Source of the DNA: Mytilus edulis | Lineage: Eukaryota | Assembly: GCF_963676685.1 (NCBI RefSeq) | Contig: NC_092354.1 | Location: 35,774,001-35,838,000, forward strand | Length of the DNA stretch: 64,000 bases | Reading direction: 5' to 3' | Shown here: positions 12,120 to 24,171 of the stretch, in pieces | Layout: every line of letters starts with the position of its first letter | Position numbering within the stretch: position 1 is the first letter of the stretch | Translations under genes and position numbers: made by a program | Notes under the pieces: model-generated | What the model was told of the DNA's origin: nothing | Database searches by the model: none | The model's input: only the letters and a program-made list of their open reading frames with translations

Positions 12120-12900
12120 GTAAATTGAAACAACCACAGCTTTATTTAAAAATTAAACCATTTTCTCAGTATTATTTTTTCAGTTAATTTTTCTTTTTTT
12201 TAATATTCATTCAGATTTGACCTTTATTGGTAATTTTTAAAACATTCTACAGTAAATTTGACATTTTTTTTGGATAATTGTATATGATGTTACCTAAAAT
12301 TAGTCATTTGATCAAAATAGTTTTCTAATATCTATTGACGAATGTTTTAGAAATAAAATTGAAACAAGCAGAGTTTTTTTTTAAAAATAGCAACGTTTTC
12401 TCAGTAAAATTTTTCAGTAAATTTTACTACTTTTTTATATTCATTAAGATTTGACCTTTATTGGTAATTTTTAAAACATTCTACTTTAAATTTGACATTT
12501 TTTTGGATAATTGTATACGATGCGACTATAAATCGGTCATTTGATCAAGACAATTTTCTAATATGTATTGACAAATGTATAAGAAGTAAAATTGAAACAA
12601 CCACAGCTTTATTTAAAAATTACACCATTTTCTCAGTACTATTTTTTCAGTAATTTTTCTCTGCTTTTTGATTCATTCAGATTTGACCTTTATTCAAGTT
12701 GGTAATTTTTCAACATTTTACTGTTAATTTGAAATTTTTGGGGATAATTGAATACGATGTTACTTTAAATCGGTCATTTGAACAAGACAATTTTCTACTA
12801 TGTATTGACAAATGTATTAGAAGTAAAGTTGAAATAACCACAGTTTTATTTAAAAATTCAATCATTTTCTCAGTAACATTTTTTCAATAATTTTTTCTAC
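12120..12900 (+). repeat. Tandem repeat, about 235-bp unit, about 3.3 diverged copies
   Basis: AAATTGAAACAA... recurs at about 12122, 12356, 12589 and 12826. Confidence 0.8.
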
Positions 12901-12919
12901 GTATATTCACATTCATTGC

Positions 12920-13320
12920 CTAAATGGGGTATCAGTATTTGGCAGTACCTGATCCCTGGTGTAGACAAACTGTTACTAGTTTCTGTTCATTAAAACATAT
13001 TACAGTAAATATACAAAACCTTTGGGCTACTTTAGTTAACTTTGGAACTGGGATGAAATACATTTTTTTTGTGTTATTAAAATTTGCTGTTACAAAATAT
13101 CAGAAATTATTATAAATTAAGGAATGTATCTCCCTCATGCAAAGCTCTGATTCCTTTCACGGATTTGGCTATACTTTTTGGACCTTTTGGATTATAGCTC
13201 TTCGTCTTTTAAATAAGCTTTGGATTTCAAATATTTTGGCCACGGGCATCACTGAAGAGACATGTATTGTCGAAATGCACATCTGGTGCAAGAAATTTGG
13301 TACCGTTAATGTTATTATTT
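12920..13320 (+). mobile_element. Second retrozyme-like family member carrying a CUGAAGA hammerhead
   Basis: Same layout as the 44 kb unit (TTTTTGGACCTTTTGGA...GCTCTTC...ribozyme...GGTACC) but different sequence. Boundaries approximate. Confidence 0.6.
13246..13289 (+). ncRNA. Type I hammerhead ribozyme, CUGAAGA core variant
   Basis: GCATCA-CTGAAGA-GACA/TGTAT/TGTC-GAAA-TGCACA-TC-TGGTGC. Stems I and II pair fully; predicted cleavage after AUC at 13283. Confidence 0.8.
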
Positions 13321-13360
13321 AGGTGTATATTTTGATTTTTTTTTTTCATTAAGTTTGCAG

Positions 13361-13453
13361 ACAAATTCCTAGCTAGAATTTCATTGCATGTAACTCCAGC
13401 TGAATCTAATCAGAAGCGGAAGAGTATTGCCCGCTGTCTGATGATGTTTGAAG
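13361..13453 (+). CDS. Candidate 93-nt phase-1/phase-1 exon of unknown gene
   Basis: Poly-T tract plus TTTGCAG acceptor and AAG|GTAAC donor. Open frame KFLARISLHVTPAESNQKRKSIARCLMMFE. Confidence 0.4.
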
Positions 13454-15041
13454 GTAACTTTCAATAATTCTAATTACATATTAAATGTACCAGATTTTGT
13501 TTAATCTTGAATGTATTTGCTTTTTGATAAAACCAATGATTTAAACAATTATCTTTCTTATTCGTGATCTAGTTTCAGAACTGGATAATTATATAAAAAT
13601 GTTACCTTAATCATTTTTACTTTTGAAATATTGATGTATGATAACTTTTATTCCACATTTAACTCTTAATAACTTATTTTTTCTAGTACAGGGGGAAAGC
13701 TATGGATTTTTTTGGAAAAAAAAGTTTTGTTTCCAGTTTTGGGAGAAAAATTAATTTGTTTAAGACCCGAAGAAAAAACATTTGTTTGTTTCACCCTCAG
13801 CTGCCACTATATGTAATGCTAAAATTGAAAGAATAAAATTGTTTTCACTTGCCGCGAAAAAAATCAATTGTTTTTCGACTAAAAAAAATTTGAGGGTAGC
13901 TAGATCTTGACTTGATAAACAGATTTGCTCTAAATGCTTCGGTTTCAGAGTAATAAGCCAAAATCTACATTTTACCTCTATGTTCTATTTTTAGCCATGG
14001 TGGCCATCTTGGTGGGTTGGATCACGCCACACAATTTTTAAACTATATACCACATTGATGATTGTGCCCAAGTATTGTTAAATTTGGCCGAGTAGTTTCA
14101 GAGCAGAAAATTTTTGTAAAAGATAACTAAAATTTACGAAAAATTGGTAAAAAAATGACTATAAAGGGCAATAACTCCTTAAGGGGTCAACTGGTCATGT
14201 TGACTTATTTAAAGATCTTACTTTGCTGATCAGTATTGCTGTTTTCAGTTTATCTCTATCTACAATCATATTCAAGATATTCAAAAAAATGCTAATTTCC
14301 TTAAAATTGCCAATTCAGGAACAGCGACCCAACTACCGATTGTCCAATTAGTCTGAAAATTTCAGTGCAGCCAGATCTTGACTTGATAAACAATTTAACC
14401 CCTTGTCACTACTAGACGAAAAAACGTCTGTCCATACCAGTAACAGTCCCAACACGGAAAGCGTTGAAACAGTCATAAATAAACTGTTTAAACGCAGAAA
14501 AAGTTGTAACAGTTAAAATATGATAGCTACAATCATTGTATAGGCATAGCTAATTTATAAGCGTAGCAACTTCCAAACATTGATCACATGTAAATAGCAC
14601 GTCAGCAATCATGATTGAGGTAAAAAAATATTATCACTTGCAAGAAAAATTCATATTTTCACCGGACTTTTCCCAAACAATATACCATACATATATAAAT
14701 ACTAGTAGATGGACGTACTGTACAAGACCCGACAAAATAACTAGCGCCAGTGAAAGTTCAAATGTTCTTTTATTTCACATCACGGATTAGAACTTGATGT
14801 ATTCTTTAGACTCCGGTCTTATTAAATACTAAAGACTGATATCGGATTCTCTTATTTGGTTTCAGTTTATCCAAAATATTTGTTCAAATTCAAATTATTT
14901 AATCCTATAAATGCATGTACAATTATGACATATTATTCAATCAGTAAAGAAAACGAACAATGTAACTAGATGTACAGACAATATTTTGGGACCCTTTATA
15001 TTTTTTTGTTCAGTGTGAGCCGAGGCTCCATATTGAAGGCC

Positions 15042-15197
15042 CAGGGGCGGATCCAGCCATTTTAAAAAGGGGGCGTTCCTAACCCAGGACAAAGGGGGGT
15101 TACAATTACTTGTACCCATTCAAATGCCTTGATCGTTAAAAAAAGAGGGGGTTCACCCCCCCCCCCCCCCCCCCCCCCATCCATGGATCCGCGCCCG
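15042..15197. mobile_element. Small hAT-like MITE (CAGGGGCGGATCC...GGATCCGCGCCCG)
   Basis: Imperfect TIRs. Interrupts a copy of the abundant repeat; TSD not clear. Confidence 0.5.
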
Positions 15198-16403
15198 AGA
15201 CCGTTTATTGACCTATACTGGTTCAGTGCATTATACATGTATGACTTGTTATGCTTATTGTGTTGGAAACCAATTGGAAACATCTTGGGATATATATTCA
15301 GAAGGCATTTATTCAAAAGCAGATATAATGGATTTGTAGAAAAAACACGAATAAGGGCACAATTTGTTCATCATATTTGCTAACTTTAAACAAATCTTCT
15401 CCTCTAAAACTACTACTCAACCAACCTTCAACTGAATGATCAGTAGGGTGTATAAAATAAAGTTTGTTTTATTTTTTATTTCGTCTAAAAACATGGCCGT
15501 CAGCTATAATTCCCCTGAATTGTATTGATGATTTTTAAAGAAATTTTGCAGTTTTTGGTTATTATCTTGAATATTAACCATTCAAGATAATAACCAAAAA
15601 TTTTAATCGCATAAAAAGGGGGCTTGTTTACAAGTTTAGGATGGTAAGGTCAGAAGCTATATATGACTCACCAAGTTGGACCTTTAATATTTTTACTGTC
15701 AAAATTAAAGAAGAGTATCGACAAGGTAATAAAAAAAAAATGGTATATGAGGTTGGTAAAAAGTATTTGCATTTATGGCCTTTTTATTTCATGTGTTTGC
15801 GTGTTTTGGCGTTTTATTTCTAGTATTTGGTTTGAGATGCATTAATGACAACTGTCATTTACTTTAGTTTTCACCAGTTCTTATGCTTTTGATATATACT
15901 TTAAAGTAATATCATTATGAAGTTATTAATAGTTAATGTGTTGAACAGAATTAAACCTGACAATGTTACAACTTTTGATTTTGTAGATGTCATCATGAAG
16001 ACCTAGGTGGAATCACGGAACAGCAATTCAAGTGTCTGACAAAACTACAAACTTCCTAAAATTGGCTCCAAAAAGACAAGGTTTGAGAAACAAGAAGTTG
16101 AAGTTTCACTATTAATAAATAAATTCGTTCTAATTGTATCGTATTGAATATATCTGTACCATCAGTGGTTAAACATTAGAATACATGGGGTCGAAAGTGT
16201 CCGAACAGCAAACTTTGTTTATATTTTGATCATTTAGATATTTCAAATAGACATTGAGCAAAATTTGTGTATTAAGGATTGTGTGCTTTCGAAATAAATA
16301 TTTCTCTTGGATGATAATTTGTGTTGTTATATGCATATTGCTTATGTTTAAAAGAACATATGTGTTATTCAGTTGATTAGTTGTCATCAGCACTATGGTC
16401 ATT

Positions 16404-17148
16404 GATTGAATGGACCATGGACCAAAATAAGACGGAAATAACACATTAAATATATGTTAGTTCACATGATTATCATCATTAAATTTAGTATTATCAGTGA
16501 TTGAATGGACCAAAGTAAGACGGAAATACCATACTATATATATGTTAGTTCACATGAGTATCATCATTGATTGAATGGACTAAAGTAAGACGGAAATACC
16601 ATACTATATATATGTTAGTTCACATGAGTATCATCATTGATTGAATGGACCAAAGTAAGACGGAAATACCATACTATATATATGTTAGTTCACATGAGTA
16701 TCATCATTGATTGAATGGACCAAAGTAAGACGGAATTACCATACTATATATATGTTAGTTTACATGAGTATCATCATTGAAAGAATGGACCAAAGTAAGA
16801 CAGAAATACCACACACTATATATATGTTAGTTCACATGAGTATCATCATTGATTGAATGGACCAAAGTAAGACGGAAATACCATACTATATATATGTTAG
16901 TTCACATGAGTATCATCATTGATTGAATGGACCAAAGTAAGACGGAAATACCACACTATGTATATGTTTGTTCACATGAGTATCATCATTGATTGAATGG
17001 ACCAAAGTAAGACGGAAATACCACACTATGTATATGTTAGTTCACATGAGTATCATCTTTGATTGAATGGACCAAAGTAAGACGGAAATACCATACTATA
17101 TATGTGTTAGTTCACACGAGTATCATCATTGATTGAATGGACCAAAGT
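16404..17148 (+). repeat. 70-bp minisatellite, about 9 highly similar units plus degenerate ends
   Basis: GATTGAATGGACCAAAGTAAGACGGAAATACC...TATCATCATT at 16499, 16569, 16639, 16709, 16779, 16851, 16921, 16991, 17061 and 17131. Confidence 0.95.
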
Positions 17149-17394
17149 ATCTGTCAATGTCCAAACAATTATCATTGAAAGACTAAATATTGTTTTTTTT
17201 TTATAATGTCTCAAATCAATTTTATATATAGCCAATACAAATTTAAAACAGAATTTTAACTTATTTTTCCTTGATTTGCACACCCCTGGCTCCTCTTATA
17301 TGGAAAAATGTGTTATCTTGGTTGCTGGAATGTATTAATTATTTTTCTATTCTTGCATTATGTTGTTAAGAATAGTTATGTATGTACATTTTAG

Positions 17395-17567
17395 AAGCAA
17401 TTGTGCATGGTGTTGGGATATGTTTTTTTTTTGTTATTATATGCAGTACCAACATGGAAGTGCCCTAACTATTCATGTTCTGATAATCATATTGTGGATG
17501 TTAAAAGAAAAGTTACCAGAGACACTTTATATGCAAATGGATAATTGTGGTAGAGAGAATAAGAATC
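17395..17567 (+). pseudogene. DDE/DDD transposase exon remnant (QMDNCGRENKN motif; Sola-like)
   Basis: AIVHG...(frameshift in poly-T)...QYQHGSALTIHVL...LPETLYMQMDNCGRENKN, bounded by AG and GT. Confidence 0.6.
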
Positions 17568-17955
17568 GGTCAGATCATAACTTGTTTTGTTCTTGTATAT
17601 CTAACACAATATATCAGTTTATACATGTTTTTTAAGTTTTACGTTAATTGTCAATTTCAATTCGTGTTTAAAGTACAAAAATCGCACGTTATGCCCTATT
17701 TAAAAATAAACTGGTCAAATGTTGTTATGAATTCAAAATTGGACTAAGGGAGCGAACTCCAACTTATCCAATCAAACACAATTATTTCAAGGTTGAGGCA
17801 TTTTAAAAATTAAATTTAAGATTAAATTCAATTTAAAAAAACAACATTTTTTTAGAGTGAAAATATATGAATAAACATTAAATTCCTATAAATTATTGAT
17901 TTTTATGAAAGTTTTTTTTTCAGCGGGACTACCCCACTTTTACTTTTGCCTTGAA

Positions 17956-18375
17956 AATGGCAGACGACACACTCAGATGAGGAATTTCAGCCTTTCGAAG
18001 TAATGAGTGTGCAAGTTATTATTTATTTCCACATGAACATGATGCTATCAAAATTAAGTGTTGTGTTAAGGACTAGTCACATTAATAACGAGTGTTGGGA
18101 TTGCAACAGGAGGCTCTTATCGGCATTTTAGCTTTGGCGAATCTATGACAGGTCAAGTTATTTTGCATAGAGTCGGCATATATGAAGATCGTTTGTACAG
18201 GGATGTTACAGTGTGTCCACATCATCGTTACAAACTGGGAATATACTTCAAACAAAAACAAAAGAAATACAGCAACCCATCTCATTCTGGAATGGTAAAG
18301 CATACAGAGGAATAACAGTTCAAGGAAGTCGCGATGTTTTGCAATCTTTTTGTGCCCTTCTTCCAGTAGGTACAG
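17956..18375 (+). pseudogene. Cys/His-rich N-terminal region of a DNA transposase (Sola3-like)
   Basis: Motifs ILHRVG, VCPHHRYKLG and RGITVQGS...LLPVGT across frameshifts. Family assignment is from recollection. Confidence 0.4.
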
Positions 18376-18519
18376 ATAAGAAAACAAAGATTATAGATTT
18401 ATAAAAAACGGGTCCGAGCGGGTACAATCTTACGTGGGGGATTCACAACAAGTAATTGTATCATTAATCACAACTTAATACGACAGTTACTATTTCATTC
18501 AAACAACAATTAATGCAGT

Positions 18520-18650
18520 GTACAGGAAAGCTTTAAACGAGTCATTGATCTTCGCGAATTTTCGACTAGAAAAAAGTTACTGCAGGACGCTAAACTTACT
18601 TTGAATCGTTGTGTAGACAGACATCTGCCGCGCAAATGAAAAGACAAGTA
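18520..18650 (+). pseudogene. Gypsy gag fragment
   Basis: STRKKLLQDAKLTLNRCVD / ICRANE, a typical gag helix of animal Gypsy elements, with a frameshift. Confidence 0.5.
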
Positions 18651-19302
18651 TACAAATGAAAGATATTTCACAAGATGGACCAGTAGGTAGGGTGACTGGA
18701 TCAGAAAGGAAAAAGAAGAGGTAGGTCTTGTCATAATATTGTATTTAATGTTAACTTGTTCTCGTCCTGAACAAGCATGAAGTATAGGCCACTGGACGTT
18801 AAGAAACCATCAATCAATTTATCTTGACTGAAAGTACATTTTGATGATCTAGAAAAAGCTGACAAAAATCAGATTAATAAAGGATTCTCAAAAAAGTTGT
18901 AAGAACTGTCAAAGATGTTTAAATAATTGAAACACCTTGATGTCATTCCATATATATTGAGATGCTTCATGTATGCTTTCAAAGAAAAGACGGATCTGTG
19001 GAACATTCAGCTAGCTTTGGAAAGAACGGTTTAACACATCTTTGGATACCACACCTTGTATGAAAATGCTGAATGATGAAAAAAATCTATTGCATTTTAA
19101 GCAATATATTTTTAAATGCATGACAAGGACTAATATCGATTATGGTAATAATTAAAATGCAAATATACCTAATAAAACACTAGTAGATCGGATAAGATTG
19201 CCAACACGATAAATCTCCACTCAGTACCTAAAGTAGTTATAAAAATAATTAAAGGTCACGTCACAGTATAATGTTATATTTTAATTGTTTTGTATATTTC
19301 AG

Positions 19303-19335
19303 GCCTAATATCAACTTCAAGTCGTTCCCATCAGG
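19303..19335 (+). CDS. 33-nt micro-exon (phase 1/1), LISTSSRSHQ
   Basis: TATTTCAG acceptor and G|GTAAGT donor; length is a multiple of 3. Confidence 0.45.
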
Positions 19336-19533
19336 GTAAGTTTTATTCACATTGTTTAAAAAATCTTACATATTAACAGTTAACCACCATTGTATAATTC
19401 AGACAAAGAGATTTATCAGCATTGAATTTTCACTTGAGCCCTATACAACGTAGTGTTATGTAATAGCTCGCTCCTTAACATACTGTGAGTGGTACTTTTA
19501 CTCTGACAGATATTCTTTTTCTTTACCGTACAG

Positions 19534-19566
19534 TGTCAGCCTCCCAGGCCATCGAAAGGAAAAGTG
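19534..19566 (+). CDS. 33-nt micro-exon (phase 1/1), VSASQAIERKS
   Basis: Pyrimidine tract plus ACAG acceptor and G|GTAAGT donor; paralogous copy at 62581-62613. Confidence 0.5.
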
Positions 19567-19981
19567 GTAAGTTTATCCATATGTTTTTAAACAAAAATGC
19601 ACAGTATATATATTCCGTCGCTGGAAATTATTCATAAGTATGACAGTAACCAATTAAATGCCAAGGTCCCCGCTATGGACTTTTGAAGGTGAGTCCAGGG
19701 ACTTGTCATTTTTGGCCATGGTGAGTACAACAGCAAAAAGAATATTTTTATTGCAATATAATGTAATATTTTATCCTCCATGGCCTAACAGAGCAATGAA
19801 ATGACATTAAATCAGATTAATTTTTAAACTTTTGCTATAAATATATATTTTAATTTAACTGTGTTCAGTTTATACAAAATTTTACAATCTTGATGCATCT
19901 GTGGACTCACCAGTTTTGAAAATAGTGAGCCCAGACATATTTTGATGAGTCCAGGCCTTAGCGAGAACCCTGAAATGCCAC

Positions 19982-20169
19982 CGCCAGTTAAGATGAAACT
20001 ACACCAGGGCATTAAGTCATTACTTAACTGCAATTGAATGTTACTTGTTTAATACAGCTTTAGACTAACACATGTATACAATGATGTTTAGTTTACAATG
20101 GAGAGCGAAGAGAGAGAGAGCGAGCTAAAACATAGTTAACAGTTCCGGACAATAGAGCCTATTATGGCG
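19982..20169 (-). repeat. 3' LTR (188 bp)
   Basis: CGCCA...TGGCG ends; identical to 25479-25664 except for one extra AG unit. Confidence 0.95.
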
Positions 20170-20176
20170 TTACCAG

Positions 20177-20194
20177 TTTTTCTTTTCTTTCCTC
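20177..20194 (-). other. Polypurine tract
   Basis: Minus strand GAGGAAAGAAAAGAAAAA, separated from the LTR by CTGGTAA. Confidence 0.75.
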
Positions 20195-20442
20195 ATATAT
20201 TAAATTAAAGTTACTTTTAAATATAAGACTTTGCATAATTGTTACAAGAACAAACATATTAATTGTTGAAAAAAACACACTTTCATAGGGTAGACTGCCA
20301 TCAAGTGTTATCGTGGATTATTCTGCCCCACTTATACATAATAATAATCAAACAAATAATAGTTCAAATTTGCTATTCCAACGCAAATTGGTTTTGTGCT
20401 TATGGTCCACACTAGTTATATTAGTACACAATGATTTGTCTC

Positions 20443-23400
20443 TCACTGAGATAGAAAATAATTGTCTTGAAGAAATTTAGGAGGATGGCATTTCCGTGTG
20501 GATCGTCGAATTACATCGGTGTTTACTTGATCATCAGGGTCGTGTTGTAATTCATTTTCGCCTATTGGTAAGCTTAAGTCACTTGGTTCGTTTTCGAAAA
20601 GTTCCGGTTCTAACTCCTGTGAATGAGGAATGGATATTACATTCGGAATGTCAGTAGGTTTAGGCGGGCTTTGTGTTTTTACTGTATTATCGTCCTCGTC
20701 TGAAGATGTAGAATTGTCGTGACTATAAGTATCCTGTTGGCGTAAAGTGTTTAATAGTGACGGGACTTTATAACAATCACTCCTTTTTACACGGTATGAT
20801 GTATTGCGTAACTGAGAACCAACAAATTTTCTTATGTTGCACCAAGAATTGTCTGTAGAAACAACTAGGTATCGGTCACGAGCACAAGTTTTGTTTCGGT
20901 CGTTATATAAGTAAACTAGATCACCAACTTCTAAATGCGGAGTTTCGGGTAGGGCTCCAGAGGGAGCTTTAGGAATTTCGCTGTAACTGTGGTTCGACTT
21001 TCGTAACTCATGTTGACGCTGAATAAGATTCTGATCTGTCAAAGGTATTTGGTTGTTTGAGAATTGATCACGTTGAGTCCACATTTCTCTTGCGGATAAC
21101 CCACGGTTACGAATGCGAGAATTTAAACGGGCAATAGCCAGAGTGAGTGACAGGGGTGATATACATCGTGTATTCGGGTCTTGTCGCAAAATTTCGTCTT
21201 CTAACTCTTGAATTGCCTTGTCGGCTACAGGGTTTTTGTTTTTGTTTTTGAAACGACCAACTTCTATGGTAATTCTATGTCGGCGCAAAAGTTCATCGTT
21301 GACCAGGGCTTGGAATCCTGGTGCAGGGTCGGTACGAACAACGGCAAATGGTCCATCGAGTGGACATAGTTCAACACAAAGACACAATAAAGACTCACGT
21401 AAAGTTTCTTGGCGCTCGTCTGTGATCAAGCGAGCGGCTGTGTATGACGTAACATATTCACGCACAACTAGGATAAGCTGTCGTTCACGCTTCATCACAT
21501 CTGCAGCAAATGCAGACCCTATTGTCTCTGGTGGGTCACCTGTAGATTGTACATTTAACTTGTGAGGAATTTTTTGAAGAGCGGCACATTGATGACATCC
21601 ATTACTGACAGTTTCAATTGCTTTATCCATATCAAGTGCGAAGAAGTAACGGTGTACGACAGATTTAAGTTGATAGGTTGAAGGATGGTCGAGTTTAATG
21701 TGTAACGATGTAAGTAGTCCGTCTAAAACCTGACGAGGAACAACAATACATTCACGTGTTGGAGCCATCGGCTCGTTTCTCTTGACAACGAGTAAACCGT
21801 CTTTAGCAATACACGCATTGTTTAGATAGCGTTTTATGTCCTTTACATTAGTAAGTTTTTTTGACGGTCGGGTCCCTTGGCGCAAGTGAGCATGTGTACG
21901 CCGTAAGTCCGAGCATTCTGTTTGGATTGATATCCAGGCGTTCCTGCTTGTAAACGGAAGTTTTTGAATCCCTTCAAGAATGTCTTTTGTTGAGATATGT
22001 CTAACAACTGAATTTTCAGTAAATTGCACAAATGTACAGATTTGACAGGCTGAATCCTCACAGTCTGGTGCATTGCGACTTGCAAAATCGGACGGAAGTA
22101 TAGCAGCTCCTGCTACATGTCTTACTGTTACTTGATATCTACAGGCTGTTGAAAGAAATGTCGAAACACGTGGGCTTGCTGAAAATTCTCCCCTACACAG
22201 CTTCTCGAATGCCTGAACACAGGGTTTACTATCGGTCAATATGCACGTGTTATGTTTTGATTGTATGATATACGGACTAAAGTGCTTAATAGCTGAGGCA
22301 ATAGACAGTGCTTCGATTTCACAAGGCAGCCACGTTAATTGGCGTTTTCGCAGTTTTGCACTAAAAAATCCGGAAACATGTATTTTATCATCACGTGTTA
22401 TGTAAAGGGTAGCGCCTAAGCCATGTTTTTTCACAGAACCATCGGTAACTATCCATAGTTGATCATTTGGTTGAGGTAAAAATATTGAACGATTTGTTGA
22501 AAGAGCTTTCTGTGCCTGCGAGAATATATCAGTAAGTTCGTCCGACCATTTTATAGTTTCTTTAGATTCTCGACCGGCTACCATATCATCAAGTTTACCT
22601 AGTAATGAAGCGCAATCTGGTATTACTCGTGCGAGTACTTTATACGCTCCAATAAAAGACCGTAAACCACATACTTTGTCTGGTTGTGGACAAACTGATA
22701 ATGTAGAAATACGATGCGGGTTGGCTTTGATAGTTCCTAATTGCCAAATCCATCCAAGAATAGTTGTAGTTTTGGGTGCGATAATCGTTTTAGAAGCAGA
22801 CAAATTTAGACTGTTCTTTTGCAGAGCCTGTAGAACCCTTGTCCAGTTTTGTAGTAATTCGAGTTGGGTATTTCCACCGCAATAAAGATCATCAGCTATT
22901 TTAGCTACAACACCTTCTTCTACCAGATCACCTAAAACACGACACATTAGCTCCTCAAGTGCTGTTTCTGAGCCTGGCATGCCCATTGCAGAGCGCACAT
23001 ACACACGCACACCTTTAAAGGGGGTTACTACACCACAGTATTTCATTGAATCACTCGAAAGTGGAATTTGGTAGAACGATTTAGTAAGGTATGTTGCTAT
23101 TATGTATTTCCACTGTGCTATTTGACGTAAGGTTGAATCAACATCTGGCATGAGTGACGGTTGGGGTTTGCTATATCGGCCTACGTCTGCAAATGCGGTA
23201 ACTAAACGGAAACTGCCATTTGGTTTCTTAACTAAAAATGACGGGTTAACATATTCTACAGATACGCCAATATCTTCTGGGCGTTTGAAAACACCAATTG
23301 CTTCAAGTTCATCAAATTTTTGTTGAAGTTCTACTAGTTGATTACGGGAATATTGCGGCACACGGCCTTTGCGTTGCGGTGGTTGGACTGGTCCCATGTT

Positions 23401-24171
23401 CACTCTAGCTTGAAATGGACCGGCGGCACCATTGTATCCCTTGAAATATGGGTCGAAAACATCATCAAAGTCTTTGACCGTATCCCTGAATTTTACTTTT
23501 AACTCTTGAGATAACAAATTATCTGGGTCAATTTTTACTGATTCTGAATGATTTGTCAATCTTGGGTGATTTATTTTATCAATGTTCTCAGTTGATTCGA
23601 CGGCATCACTTATACACTCTGGAACATATGTTGATCGTATTTGACAAAAGTGTTCGTTGCGTCTTAAACTATGGGGTTCCTGTGTCAAATTTGGAATACG
23701 AATTCTGCCGGCAACGCTTGTAATCAAATTTGGCGGGGGCCACACGTTTGAATCCTTTCCAGCATGCATTGATGAAACATGCGACTCTAATCTTGGTTCA
23801 ATGGCGAATGTATCATCAGTTGAGCAAATATCAGATGGTAATTGCATTTCAAGAAAATCACCAGGCCAAATAGTTGTAAATTGAGCCGGAGCACGTAAAA
23901 CGTGTGCCCGACGGACTGTATGATGTTCGGACGTGTTTTGAACGGAGCCATAAGTATAAACGGTATTGTTACCCAGTATTACTTGACGTTTAGCGGGACG
24001 GATAGAAATGTCATTTTTTTCCATAAAAGGAATACCAGCCAAGATGTCTACATCCAAAGTTTCGACGACTAAACCCTCAAAATGTAGTTCACGTCCATCA
24101 CGTGTGAAATTAGTGTGCACTTCCCCAATGACTTTGAGGGGTGAAGATCCATCGGCCTGATGTGCAGATTG
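20443..24171 (-). CDS. pol: Pol: protease C-terminal part, reverse transcriptase, RNase H, integrase
   Basis: ILAG protease motif; RT MGMPGS and IADDL; RNase H TDGS, EIEAL and TDSKP; integrase H-x4-H...CHQC, FAAD and RTD. Same frame as gag, separated by a single TAA. Confidence 0.9.
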   Translation of the reverse strand, partial: QSAHQADGSSPLKVIGEVHTNFTRDGRELHFEGLVVETLDVDILAGIPFMEKNDISIRPAKRQVILGNNTVYTYGSVQNTSEHHTVRRAHVLRAPAQFTTIWPGDFLEMQLPSDICSTDDTFAIEPRLESHVSSMHAGKDSNVWPPPNLITSVAGRIRIPNLTQEPHSLRRNEHFCQIRSTYVPECISDAVESTENIDKINHPRLTNHSESVKIDPDNLLSQELKVKFRDTVKDFDDVFDPYFKGYNGAAGPFQARVNMGPVQPPQRKGRVPQYSRNQLVELQQKFDELEAIGVFKRPEDIGVSVEYVNPSFLVKKPNGSFRLVTAFADVGRYSKPQPSLMPDVDSTLRQIAQWKYIIATYLTKSFYQIPLSSDSMKYCGVVTPFKGVRVYVRSAMGMPGSETALEELMCRVLGDLVEEGVVAKIADDLYCGGNTQLELLQNWTRVLQALQKNSLNLSASKTIIAPKTTTILGWIWQLGTIKANPHRISTLSVCPQPDKVCGLRSFIGAYKVLARVIPDCASLLGKLDDMVAGRESKETIKWSDELTDIFSQAQKALSTNRSIFLPQPNDQLWIVTDGSVKKHGLGATLYITRDDKIHVSGFFSAKLRKRQLTWLPCEIEALSIASAIKHFSPYIIQSKHNTCILTDSKPCVQAFEKLCRGEFSASPRVSTFLSTACRYQVTVRHVAGAAILPSDFASRNAPDCEDSACQICTFVQFTENSVVRHISTKDILEGIQKLPFTSRNAWISIQTECSDLRRTHAHLRQGTRPSKKLTNVKDIKRYLNNACIAKDGLLVVKRNEPMAPTRECIVVPRQVLDGLLTSLHIKLDHPSTYQLKSVVHRYFFALDMDKAIETVSNGCHQCAALQKIPHKLNVQSTGDPPETIGSAFAADVMKRERQLILVVREYVTSYTAARLITDERQETLRESLLCLCVELCPLDGPFAVVRTDPAPGFQALVNDELLRRHRITIEVGRFKNKNKNPVADKAIQELEDEILRQDPNTRCISPLSLTLAIARLNSRIRNRGLSAREMWTQRDQFSNNQIPLTDQNLIQRQHELRKSNHSYSEIPKAPSGALPETPHLEVGDLVYLYNDRNKTCARDRYLVVSTDNSWCNIRKFVGSQLRNTSYRVKRSDCYKVPSLLNTLRQQDTYSHDNSTSSDEDDNTVKTQSPPKPTDIPNVISIPHSQELEPELFENEPSDLSLPIGENELQHDPDDQVNTDVIRRSTRKCHPPKFLQDNYFLSQ

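Noticed and set aside
15062-15383. Poly-Gly/poly-Pro ORFs (also 46389-46644)
   Set aside because: Artefacts of C/G homopolymer runs inside repeats.
16404-17148. Regularly spaced repeats as a CRISPR array
   Set aside because: Whole units repeat with no unique spacers, no cas genes are present, and the context is eukaryotic.
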